Source: a virus. Taken from it: a stretch of DNA of 45,912 nt. Positions 26,942 through 33,963 of this stretch are shown here, in pieces (the stretch's first letter is position 1; each line of letters starts with the position of its first letter). The DNA is taken from the IMG/VR virus record IMGVR_UViG_3300045988_103468, positions 1 to 45,912 of that record; one strand, written 5' to 3'. A program made the position numbers and the translations under genes. Below the pieces are notes generated by a model that had not been told where the DNA came from, searched no databases, and was given only the letters and a program-made list of their open reading frames with translations.

Positions 26942-27050
26942 AAAATGATGAAATTTTTTGAAAAAAATATTCTTGGGCGGATTGTTCTAAAGGTTTGTCT
27001 TTCCCCTATGATGAAACCTTATTTTGGCGGCCTTCATTGTCCTAAAGGTA

Positions 27051-27080
27051 CAAAAAAGCCCCGGTCATACGGCCGGGGCT
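27051..27080 (-). terminator. Intrinsic terminator of the moron gene
   Basis: AGCCCCGG-N8-CCGGGGCT hairpin (8 bp), followed by TTTTTTG on the minus strand. Confidence 0.75.
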
Positions 27081-27097
27081 GAAAGGTAGGGGAGGGA

Positions 27098-27769
27098 TTA
27101 AAACTTCTTTGTCAAGCTGATTCCTGCGCCATAATCTGATACGGTTAAATTATGTCCGATTTCTATTCCTTGGGCGTACTCCTTATGCAACCCCGTTAAA
27201 ACCACTACAATTCCGATTACGGATGTGCCTGCACATACAAATCCGACCGTGCGCTTTGTCTTGGCAAGAGACGATATTTTTTCTACATCAGATTCATTAG
27301 CTATCTTATTGTCGATTATTGAGCTGGTAAGCATATATGTTGCAGCGGATGCGCCTATCATTGACGACCCGATAACAGTATTCAAAGGTGTTAATTTCCA
27401 TTTAAATGATCTTCCTTTATTGTCAAACTTAGATATGTATGCATTGCGGTTTCCAAAACTTTTTGCAAGGAAAGGGCTTGACACATTGTCATTTTGCTTA
27501 TTAAGAATATTGCTTACATACCATTGGTCAAGCATTTTTACCGTTTTTTGTCCGTATTTTTTGACTATTTGCTCCTCACTTACATACTGCATTATTTTCG
27601 GATCAAAATATACACGGCGTCCATGCGATGTTGTTACTAATCCTGGAATCCTGTTTATTTCTGCTATTTCCTGCGCTTCTTTTATGTCGTATTTCTTTGG
27701 TGCTTTATCTTGGGCAAATGCCACTCCTGAGAATAAAAGAATAATGAGTGCAAGTAAAATTTTTTTCAT
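27098..27769 (-). CDS. Secreted / membrane-anchored moron protein, function unknown
   Basis: 223 aa. Signal peptide MKKILLALIILLFSGVAFA-QD and a C-terminal hydrophobic VGFVCAGTSVIGIVVVLTGL. AT-rich with its own terminator. Lies downstream of the repressor in the same orientation. Confidence 0.75.
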   Translation of the reverse strand: MKKILLALIILLFSGVAFAQDKAPKKYDIKEAQEIAEINRIPGLVTTSHGRRVYFDPKIMQYVSEEQIVKKYGQKTVKMLDQWYVSNILNKQNDNVSSPFLAKSFGNRNAYISKFDNKGRSFKWKLTPLNTVIGSSMIGASAATYMLTSSIIDNKIANESDVEKISSLAKTKRTVGFVCAGTSVIGIVVVLTGLHKEYAQGIEIGHNLTVSDYGAGISLTKKF

Positions 27770-27799
27770 AGTGTTTAAATTTTTGGCCTATATAACTTA

Positions 27800-27808
27800 C
27801 CCCCCCCC
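27800..27808. repeat. C9 homopolymer tract
   Basis: Nine consecutive C in the region upstream of the moron. Confidence 0.9.
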
Positions 27809-27883
27809 GAAAACTCGGAGAGGGGCATTATTTACTTTGTTATGGGGGTGAATGTCCGTATCTGTTATTCTCTATCCAAAAAT

Positions 27884-27892
27884 CCCCCCCCC
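27884..27892. repeat. C9 homopolymer tract
   Basis: Nine consecutive C, 84 nt from the first tract. Confidence 0.9.
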
Positions 27893-27983
27893 TCGTCTTT
27901 TTGTGCTATAATGAGCTGATGCACAAAATATTAATATATCTGAAAAGAACATTTTTTAGCCCATCGCAAAATTGCCCATTTTG

Positions 27984-28006
27984 AAAGGAGGGTGTTCGCC
28001 TCCTTT
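27984..28006 (-). terminator. Terminator hairpin after the repressor gene
   Basis: AAAGGAGG-GTGTTCG-CCTCCTTT, flanked by A/T runs on both sides (possibly bidirectional). Confidence 0.6.
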
Positions 28007-28031
28007 CGGGTGCAATCTGCACGATGACGCG

Positions 28032-28460
28032 TCACAGGTTTTCCGTTAATTCATCTTGCTTTTTTTCGACTGCACCCATTCTTCGAGAGAGGACTTCACC
28101 ATCACCCTTCTGAGTTAATCGTTCAATGATTGCAGTTTGGTTCGCCACTACTGCAGTCACTTTTGCGAGCTGCTCTTTCAGGGTGTTGATGTAGTCCTGT
28201 GTAAGTGGATCCATCTCCTGAATTTTTGTTGAGTTAGTAATAGGGTTATCTTTTGGGGTTTCCCCGGTTTGGTTTTGAATGATATATCTTGATATTATAT
28301 CGCCATATTTAACCTTTAGCCTTTCTATATGCTCCTCTTTTATTTCTCGTTTCCCATTCATCATTGCTGATATCTGCGATTGAGCTACACCTATAACTTC
28401 GCTTAAATCTTGTTGTTTAAGCTGCATGTCAAAGGCAAACTTCTTAATATCTAATAACAT
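28032..28460 (-). CDS. CI-like repressor (XRE-family HTH)
   Basis: ORF 28032-28916 trimmed to MLLDIKKFAFDMQLKQQDLSEVIGVAQSQISAMMNGKREI (XRE HTH), with a C-terminal coiled-coil-like part. Divergent from the early operon. Confidence 0.8.
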   Translation of the reverse strand: MLLDIKKFAFDMQLKQQDLSEVIGVAQSQISAMMNGKREIKEEHIERLKVKYGDIISRYIIQNQTGETPKDNPITNSTKIQEMDPLTQDYINTLKEQLAKVTAVVANQTAIIERLTQKGDGEVLSRRMGAVEKKQDELTENL

Positions 28461-28510
28461 ATGGAAATTGACAATATTATAATAATTATTTATACAAAAT
28501 ATCTTTATAA

Positions 28511-28529
28511 ATCTTGATAATATCAAGAT
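28511..28529. promoter_or_regulatory. Operator: perfect palindrome ATCTTGATA-A-TATCAAGAT
   Basis: 9-bp arms, flanked by direct AAAATATCT repeats (28496-28504 and 28530-28538). Immediately upstream of the early -7 box. Confidence 0.6.
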
Positions 28530-28537
28530 AAAATATC

Positions 28538-28545
28538 TATATTTG
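28538..28545 (+). promoter_or_regulatory. Early rightward promoter -7 box (TATATTTG)
   Basis: Perfect TAnnTTTG, about 115 nt upstream of ATG 28662. Confidence 0.5.
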
Positions 28546-28661
28546 CAATGTGAAACCCACAAAGCTGATACAAATATACGATTTAAGATGAAAAACGCAA
28601 GCGTGGGGACTGAATATTTGACGATTGTACCTTTTTGAAGGTAATAAAAACGGACAACGCG

Positions 28662-28904
28662 ATGAAAGCAACTTACGACAAATCGAAGATCATGAAGAAC
28701 GCCTGGTACCTTAAAAAGGTACAGCCGGGCAAGAGTTTGGGGGATTGCCTGCGCAAGGCTTGGCGCAACGAGAAGTTGGCGATGCTGACCGCGAAGATCG
28801 AGAACCGCCCGACGGAGCAGCCGAAGGCCACGGAGTACCGCCCCGAACTGCTGAAAGTGCCGACAGGTTTCTATGGTGTCCGAGGAATGTACTATGGTGA
28901 CTAA
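28662..28904 (+). CDS. First early-operon protein (Cro/antirepressor position), function unknown
   Basis: ORF 28635-28904 begins at TTG. The first ATG is at 28662 (MKATYDKSKIMKNAWYLKK...). Confidence 0.55.
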   Translation: MKATYDKSKIMKNAWYLKKVQPGKSLGDCLRKAWRNEKLAMLTAKIENRPTEQPKATEYRPELLKVPTGFYGVRGMYYGD

Positions 28905-28917
28905 AGCACGATGCAAT

Positions 28918-29013
28918 ATGAACGAAGTAATTCAATCGACTGACCGCTTGACGGCACTACTCGAGGAGCAGGCCGCCTGCATTGAGCGGATCATGGCAAT
29001 ACTGGACAAATAA
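28918..29013 (+). CDS. Possible 31-aa ORF
   Basis: Translated by hand: MNEVIQSTDRLTALLEEQAACIERIMAILDK. Fills the gap between neighbouring genes. Confidence 0.3.
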   Translation: MNEVIQSTDRLTALLEEQAACIERIMAILDK

Positions 29014-29014
29014 T

Positions 29015-29302
29015 ATGAATATGAATACTGCAAATCAGCGCGCTGTAAAGTTGCCGTTCCAAGAATATGTTTCTACACTTGGGAAGACTCGCAAAAGTAA
29101 GTTGTGGGCAGAAATTCGTCTTGTGACAGGAAAGGACAGGACAACAATATGGCGATGGGCGCACGGACACACCCGTCCTGACAAGTCAGACAGGGATAAC
29201 ATAGCATTCTGTGTATATAAATTCTCTGAAAATAGGTTACCCGGCGACGCATTATTCCCAGAAGATTATCCATACAAAGGTACCCATGCAAAGGTTAAAT
29301 AA
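29015..29302 (+). CDS. Small DNA-binding-like protein
   Basis: Start at MNMNTANQ. The TGKDRTTIWRWAHGHTRP segment resembles an HTH recognition helix. Confidence 0.5.
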   Translation: MNMNTANQRAVKLPFQEYVSTLGKTRKSKLWAEIRLVTGKDRTTIWRWAHGHTRPDKSDRDNIAFCVYKFSENRLPGDALFPEDYPYKGTHAKVK

Positions 29303-29837
29303 CGTAGAGTTTTTTAACTCACCCGAAGGAGAGGTGCAGATTCGCGACGAAAAGGGTGTCCGCACATATATGGAAGAAGAAAAGGAGCTCACCGACGCAT
29401 TATTCTCGGTAATTGAGATTGACTACCCGCAGGCATTCAAGGCGCTGTCGGAGATTTACAATAAGAGCAAGGTGAATGCCCCCTATTTCAAATACAGGTG
29501 CGCACACCGGTTTATCCGCTGCAACTTCGGGATGTACGACAAAGTGCCCGATGTGGACGAATTAGGCCGGTTCAACTTCGAGAATGTTGCTTGTCCGCTG
29601 GTGGGGGAGTGCAAATACTATAAAGTAATCTGTAACCCAGAGTTTAATACTAACCTGACAATGCGGGAGAAAGAGATTGTCCGCCTCTATAAAGAGGGGT
29701 ATAAGACTGAAAAGATTGCCGAAATACTATCACTTTCCCAGTTGACGGTCGAAACACACAAACGAAACGCTATGCGTCGCACAGGGTCGACAACGCTTGC
29801 CGAACTCGTGATATGGGCTAACAACCACGGACTTTAA
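29286..29837 (+). CDS. LuxR/GerE-type HTH transcriptional regulator
   Basis: Start at MQRLNNVEFF. C-terminal LTMREKEIVRLYKEGYKTEKIAEILSLSQLTVETHKRNAMRRTG. N-terminal domain is Cys-containing. Confidence 0.75.
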   Translation: MQRLNNVEFFNSPEGEVQIRDEKGVRTYMEEEKELTDALFSVIEIDYPQAFKALSEIYNKSKVNAPYFKYRCAHRFIRCNFGMYDKVPDVDELGRFNFENVACPLVGECKYYKVICNPEFNTNLTMREKEIVRLYKEGYKTEKIAEILSLSQLTVETHKRNAMRRTGSTTLAELVIWANNHGL

Positions 29838-30237
29838 ACACAAAATATAACCAACCATGAAAACAATTTATCTCTGGGTTTCAGGCAAAGGCTGGACACC
29901 CTTTCAGTACAATGAACTTTCTGAATTAGCCGCCGAATTTGAGGCGCGCAATATCAAACTGGGCGACGGGTGCGAACTGGGCGACGGGTGCAAACTGGGC
30001 GACGGGTGCGAACTGGGCGACGGGTGCGATGTTCCGAAATCGCTATTTATCAGCGCATCTCGTCATACAGTATCCTATTGGGGTGAGGATGTTATTCAAA
30101 TAGGCTGCAAACGCTACACCATTTCCGAGTGGCAGAAGCATTTCCGAAAAATTGGCGAGGCCGAAGGCTATAGTCCCGAGCAGATGGAGGAATACAAAGG
30201 GTATATAGACCTGATCGCCACCATGCACAAGACGTGG
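29834..30237 (+). repeat. 404-bp direct repeat, copy A
   Basis: Aligned by hand to 41938-42341 (offset 12104) with 8 mismatches. Starts at the stop codon of the upstream gene. Confidence 0.9.
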
Positions 30238-30264
30238 AAGGTTGAGAAGGTAAAGGACAAATAA
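29857..30264 (+). CDS. Hypothetical protein with four LGDGC(E/K/D) hexapeptide repeats, paralogue A
   Basis: 135 aa, near-identical to 41961-42353 except for the last ~10 residues. Confidence 0.75.
   Translation: MKTIYLWVSGKGWTPFQYNELSELAAEFEARNIKLGDGCELGDGCKLGDGCELGDGCDVPKSLFISASRHTVSYWGEDVIQIGCKRYTISEWQKHFRKIGEAEGYSPEQMEEYKGYIDLIATMHKTWKVEKVKDK
29959..30030 (+). repeat. 4 x 18-bp tandem repeat (CTGGGCGACGGGTGCGAA-like)
   Basis: Encodes LGDGCE LGDGCK LGDGCE LGDGCD. The same array occurs at 42063-42134. Confidence 0.9.
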
Positions 30265-30271
30265 CAGCACG

Positions 30272-30382
30272 AGGTGTGTAGCTCAAAGGTAGAGCGGTGC
30301 AGGGATGCGAAATAGAAGCACAGAGGTTGAAAGACCTTGCATTTCCGGGCGCAGGTTGCAGGTTCGAATCCTGCCGCACTTC
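30272..30382 (+). ncRNA. Non-canonical 111-nt tRNA-like element
   Basis: Acceptor AGGTGTG/CGCACTT (two G-U pairs), D-arm GCTC-AAAGGTA-GAGC and T-arm GCAGG-TTCGAAT-CCTGC. No 5-bp stem with a 7-nt anticodon loop could be drawn in the central ~60 nt. Confidence 0.45.
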
Positions 30383-30795
30383 CAAGATAGCCACCGCATA
30401 GGTGAGGGGTTTGATTGCTGGCACTAACCCCGCCGCAAGGCAAAAGCAATTTCTGTGTTCTTTGACACATTGATACACGAGAACCATCCGAGCGGATGTA
30501 AAACCCGGCGAGCGACTTGGCGCAGAAGGGCTGGCAACAGATAAATACCAATGAACGAGCGATGACCCGGAGTAATCCGGAGAGCCGTATTGATTATTAC
30601 GCCTGGTGTGGCTTGACTGCCTATCCAGGCTCTATGGCAGACCTTGCGCACCGTTCTTTCAGCAGTGGGTTATTTCATTTTAGGCGTGAGGTCTGCATCT
30701 TGCCCGCGTGCGTTTTTCGGTGGCGCAGTTTTGAAATGGAGTTTAAAGTTACAGTGCGCGCGGGCTTATTTGCAACACCTTAAAACAATTATACT
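30383..30795 (+). ncRNA. Candidate structured non-coding RNA region
   Basis: No ORF with protein-like composition. Multiple hairpins, including the GNRA-capped CCGGA-GTAA-TCCGG (30567-30580). Confidence 0.3.
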
Positions 30796-30886
30796 ATGGA
30801 GAAGAACACTTTGAGGAAGAGGAGATTTCTATGCTTCGACCTGACGCCCAGGTGGAAAATGTGGAACCAGGATCGAAGACCTGGAG

Positions 30887-31093
30887 GTGCGGCTTGCTAC
30901 ATGCCTTTGCGAGCGCAATGAAGCGGATGGACGCCTTATCGAGCGGGAACACGAGGTATTGGCGCTCACTCAAGCACGTGATACCCTGTACAAGCGCATC
31001 GACGAACTGGAAGGCAGGCTCAGGAAATTCGACCGTACCCGTGGGAAAAGCGGCAAATACATCAAGGGCTATGACGTACGAACCGCAAAGTAA
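30887..31093 (+). CDS. Possible small coiled-coil protein (GTG start)
   Basis: 68 codons with coiled-coil-like EREHEVLALTQARDTLYKRIDELEGRLRKF. There is no in-frame ATG, so the start is uncertain. Confidence 0.4.
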   Translation: MRLATCLCERNEADGRLIEREHEVLALTQARDTLYKRIDELEGRLRKFDRTRGKSGKYIKGYDVRTAK

Positions 31094-31304
31094 GATTCTG
31101 GCCTATCTCAAGGCCGGCGGCAGGCTGACTGTTCGCAAGGCTGAGAGGCTGTACCACACAACGGAGCTGCGCCGGATCATCAGTCGGCTCCGGAAAATGG
31201 GATATTCCATTTGCTCGAACAAACAGAAGGCCGTTACGGAAGACGGGCGGCCGACACAGTTTAACGAGTACTATATGCCACAGGTCGCGGATTCCTGCCA
31301 ATAA
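31071..31304 (+). CDS. Small winged-helix / HTH-like protein
   Basis: Start at MTYEPQSKILAYLKAGGRLTVRKAERLYHTTELRRIISRLRKMGYSI. Confidence 0.6.
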   Translation: MTYEPQSKILAYLKAGGRLTVRKAERLYHTTELRRIISRLRKMGYSICSNKQKAVTEDGRPTQFNEYYMPQVADSCQ

Positions 31305-31320
31305 TCCGCAAATCGCATTT

Positions 31321-31328
31321 TAAGTTTG
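31321..31328 (+). promoter_or_regulatory. -7 promoter box TAAGTTTG upstream of the tRNA unit
   Basis: Perfect TAnnTTTG, about 100 nt upstream of tRNA-Gln. Confidence 0.45.
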
Positions 31329-31429
31329 GTATTTGCCATTGGCCAGTTGTGAAGCCCGCGGATGGTGTGCCGCCGAGATCGAAGCCCTGCGCGGTGGCGC
31401 GGGTGAGTGGAGATTCAGGCGGCTTTTAT

Positions 31430-31501
31430 TGAGCTATGGTGTAATGGTTAACACACCGCCCTTTGGAGGCGGTACTCCCGGTTCGAATCCGGGTAGCTCA
31501 A
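31430..31501 (+). tRNA. tRNA-Gln (anticodon UUG)
   Basis: Hand-folded 72-nt cloverleaf. Acceptor TGAGCTA/TAGCTCA (U1-A72). D-arm GTGT-AATGGTTA-ACAC. Anticodon arm CCGCC-CTTTGGA-GGCGG. T-arm CCCGG-TTCGAAT-CCGGG. CCA is not encoded. Confidence 0.9.
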
Positions 31502-31694
31502 CGGGGTTCTAACCCTAATGTTGTGAGTTTGATCGGGCGCTTGGGCGTCTGTCACAACGGAAGCTGACAGAGGGTATATCCCTCGACAATCCGAGGCTGC
31601 GTGAAGGAAGTAGCAAGGCCGAGGCGGGCTAAGCCCACGAAACGGGAGATAAAGAACGCAAATCGGCGGCGCGAAGCACAGTAACGCCGCCACC

Positions 31695-31725
31695 GCGGGG
31701 GCAGTCAGAAGCCCCCGCTTCTTTT
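31695..31725 (+). terminator. Intrinsic terminator closing the tRNA-Gln unit
   Basis: GCGGGGGC-AGTCAGAA-GCCCCCGC followed by TTCTTTT. Confidence 0.8.
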
Positions 31726-31743
31726 GGATACAATCAAACGACC

Positions 31744-31908
31744 ATGAATAAATATCTTCAAGAGCTCAAAGACAAAGGACTGGTGCCTTTACGGCTCGAC
31801 AACAACACGGTGCTTTGGGTTACACCCGACAAGGCCAATGAGAAGTACAAAACACGCTACCTCAAGAATGCCGAGAGGTCGCGGAGGATGGCATTGAATT
31901 TAGATTAG
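31744..31908 (+). CDS. Hypothetical 54-aa protein
   Basis: Translated by hand: MNKYLQELKDKGLVPLRLDNNTVLWVTPDKANEKYKTRYLKNAERSRRMALNLD. Ends 2 nt before the MTase ATG. Confidence 0.45.
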   Translation: MNKYLQELKDKGLVPLRLDNNTVLWVTPDKANEKYKTRYLKNAERSRRMALNLD

Positions 31909-31910
31909 TT

Positions 31911-33131
31911 ATGAATTACGGATTACCTTATAAGGGTTCTAAGAATAGTATTGCGAAATGGGTTATTTCGAATCTTCCCGCGTCGCATACGTTCGTGGAT
32001 TTGTTCGCCGGAGGATGTGCGGTAACTCACGCTGCCATATTGTCTGGTAAATTCGGACGTTTCATTGCAAACGATATTACGGAATATCCCCAAGTCTTCC
32101 GTGATGCCATCGATGGGAAATACCGGAATGAATGTCGATGGATCAGTCGGGAGGATTTCCTCCGTCTCAAAGATGACGACCCCTACGTGCGTCTTTGCTG
32201 GAGCTTTGGGAACGATATGAATACATATATGTATGCTCCGGAGGTTGAGCGGTTCAAAAAACACATGCACGCGATATTTTCCGCGGGAACGCCCACGAGC
32301 GCGCGGTTGGCATGGAAAGGATTTGTCCGGGAATTTGCAAAAGTCCGTGATAAAATAGGAGAGCTGACGCAAAAGGTGCTGAAGTTGTGCGCAGCGTGCG
32401 ACGTGGCACCTCAATACAATGCGGACGGCACATTGAATACAAAGGCGATACATACAGATGTTTTTCGGGTTAAATCAGCGTATTTGCGAAAATATTTACA
32501 GAACGCCCTGAAATTATCCGGTCTTACGCAAAAAGATGTCGACCGACGCCTTGGGAATTATATGGGTAGGCATTATTTTAGCGAATCTCAATGGATGTTG
32601 CCATCCTCTGAACAATACGAGAAGTTGCAAGAAATTTTACCGGCGTTAACTATTCCGTGGGCGCCCTTAAACGAAAGTCTGCAAAGTCTGGAAAGACTGG
32701 AAAGTCTGGAAAGTCTGGAAAGTCTGCAAAGTCTGCAAAGTCTGGAAAGACTGGAAAGACTGCAAAGTCTGGAAAGACTGGAAAGTCTGCAAAGTCTGGA
32801 AAGACTGAAACTGTCCCGAAAGGATTACAGCGATGTTGCTATACCGCCGGGCGCGACGGTATACTGCGACCCGCCGTATGCTAACACGTCGGGGTATATC
32901 GACGATTTCGACCATGAACGATTTTATAGATGGCTGCGCAGCATGGAATTCCCGGTGTTCGTTTCGGAATATTCCATGCCGGACGACTTTATATGCTTTG
33001 CGAGTATTGACAAAGCATGCACCTATTCATCATCAAAAACGATAAAACGCGTAGAAAAGATGTTCGTACACGAGCGGTGGGCGGATGCTGTGAGGCGTCC
33101 GGATGATAATGTTCAGGGGCGGCTGTTCTAA
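31911..33131 (+). CDS. dam: Dam-like (D12-class) N6-adenine DNA methyltransferase with an inserted tripeptide-repeat segment
   Basis: N-terminal LPYKGSKNSIAKW and FVDLFAGGCAV (motif I). C-terminal VYCDPPYANTSGY (motif IV). 406 aa, longer than typical Dam because of an HTH-like segment plus 15 tripeptide repeats between the motifs. Confidence 0.8.
   Translation: MNYGLPYKGSKNSIAKWVISNLPASHTFVDLFAGGCAVTHAAILSGKFGRFIANDITEYPQVFRDAIDGKYRNECRWISREDFLRLKDDDPYVRLCWSFGNDMNTYMYAPEVERFKKHMHAIFSAGTPTSARLAWKGFVREFAKVRDKIGELTQKVLKLCAACDVAPQYNADGTLNTKAIHTDVFRVKSAYLRKYLQNALKLSGLTQKDVDRRLGNYMGRHYFSESQWMLPSSEQYEKLQEILPALTIPWAPLNESLQSLERLESLESLESLQSLQSLERLERLQSLERLESLQSLERLKLSRKDYSDVAIPPGATVYCDPPYANTSGYIDDFDHERFYRWLRSMEFPVFVSEYSMPDDFICFASIDKACTYSSSKTIKRVEKMFVHERWADAVRRPDDNVQGRLF
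32676..32810 (+). repeat. 15 x 9-bp in-frame tandem repeat (AGTCTGGAA / AGACTGGAA / AGTCTGCAA variants)
   Basis: Counted unit by unit. Encodes SLQ SLE RLE SLE SLE SLQ SLQ SLE RLE RLQ SLE RLE SLQ SLE RLK. Confidence 0.95.
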
Positions 33132-33218
33132 TCCTCCCTGCGTCGCAATAGTATTACCGCCATAGTAGTATTGTCGGCTGGCGTCCTATCTACGAATAAC
33201 CCCTAAAAGTAAGAAATT

Positions 33219-33722
33219 ATGGATGACATTACCCGCGTCTGCCGCAAATGCGGGCAGGAAAAGCCGTTGGAAGAGTTTGTAAAAGATAAGACCCGCGAAT
33301 TAGGTTATAGTTATACTTGCAAACATTGCAGACGAGAACACGCCTGTAAGTATCGTGCTGATAACCACGAAAAGGTACTGGAACGCACCCGCAAGTGGCG
33401 AGTTGATAATCCCGAAAAGGTGCGGGAGTATGACCGCAAGTATCGTGCTGATAACCACGAAAAAATATTGGAATATGGCCGTAAGCATTATGCTGAGAAT
33501 TCCGAAAGGTACAATAAATATTCCCGCAAGTGGCAGGCCGCTAATCCCGAAAAGGTGCGGGAAACACGCCGATATCTGCGCGAGATATTGTCTGACGGTT
33601 ATTTAAGGCGTCAACTAAAACGACGCAACCTCCCCGTAACCCCAGAAACAATCGACTACAAACGTATTCAACTAAAGTTATACCGAGAAATCAAAAAACA
33701 ACAAAACGATGAAAGAGATTAA
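33219..33722 (+). CDS. Zinc-ribbon protein with internal KYRADNHEK / NPEKVRE repeats
   Basis: N-terminal CRKCG..17..CKHC. Two near-identical nucleotide segments (GTATCGTGCTGATAACCACGAAAA and CCCGCAAGTGGC..TAATCCCGAAAAGGTGCGGGA) each occur twice. Confidence 0.65.
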   Translation: MDDITRVCRKCGQEKPLEEFVKDKTRELGYSYTCKHCRREHACKYRADNHEKVLERTRKWRVDNPEKVREYDRKYRADNHEKILEYGRKHYAENSERYNKYSRKWQAANPEKVRETRRYLREILSDGYLRRQLKRRNLPVTPETIDYKRIQLKLYREIKKQQNDERD

Positions 33723-33918
33723 GAACATCCGGGAATTGACGGCCGATTTGGGCCGCGTGTATGCAGAGCTTCGGGCACGAGAGATCGAGATCAAAGAGGC
33801 ATCGGAGATTGCTAACATTGCGGGTAAGATCATCAACGGCGCAAAGGCTGAAATGATGTACCGAATCGCCCGTAAGGAGACGCCGTCGATACCTTTTTTC
33901 GATGCCGATGGCAAATAA
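33709..33918 (+). CDS. Hypothetical small protein
   Basis: 69-aa ORF overlapping the upstream gene by 14 nt. Confidence 0.55.
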   Translation: MKEIKNIRELTADLGRVYAELRAREIEIKEASEIANIAGKIINGAKAEMMYRIARKETPSIPFFDADGK

Positions 33919-33963
33919 TTTTGCAGATTCGAAATGATTTTCTACCTTTGCTGTCGCGAGATC

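Noticed and set aside
28461-28916. N-terminal 152-codon extension of the repressor ORF (28032-28916)
   Set aside because: The extension runs through the AT-rich divergent promoter/operator and antisense to the first early gene. The XRE HTH begins right after Met153.
30092-30651. Three minus-strand ORFs (131, 127 and 75 aa) over the tRNA-like element
   Set aside because: They are antisense to a well-supported gene and to the tRNA-like element, with low-complexity Pro/Ser/Cys-rich translations.
30517-30783. 88-aa plus-strand ORF in the ncRNA candidate region
   Set aside because: It has a TTG start and W/C/R/F-rich, non-protein-like composition, and it overlaps several stable hairpins. It is kept as the explicit alternative that would refute the ncRNA idea.
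31430-31501. Suppressor tRNA / alternative genetic code
   Set aside because: The anticodon is UUG (standard Gln). All large genes are open under the standard code, with no in-frame TAG/TGA interruptions seen.
32676-32810. Possible CRISPR array (also considered for the 18-bp repeats at 29959-30030 and 42063-42134)
   Set aside because: The units are contiguous with no spacers, far shorter than CRISPR repeats, and lie in frame inside coding sequences. No cas genes are present.
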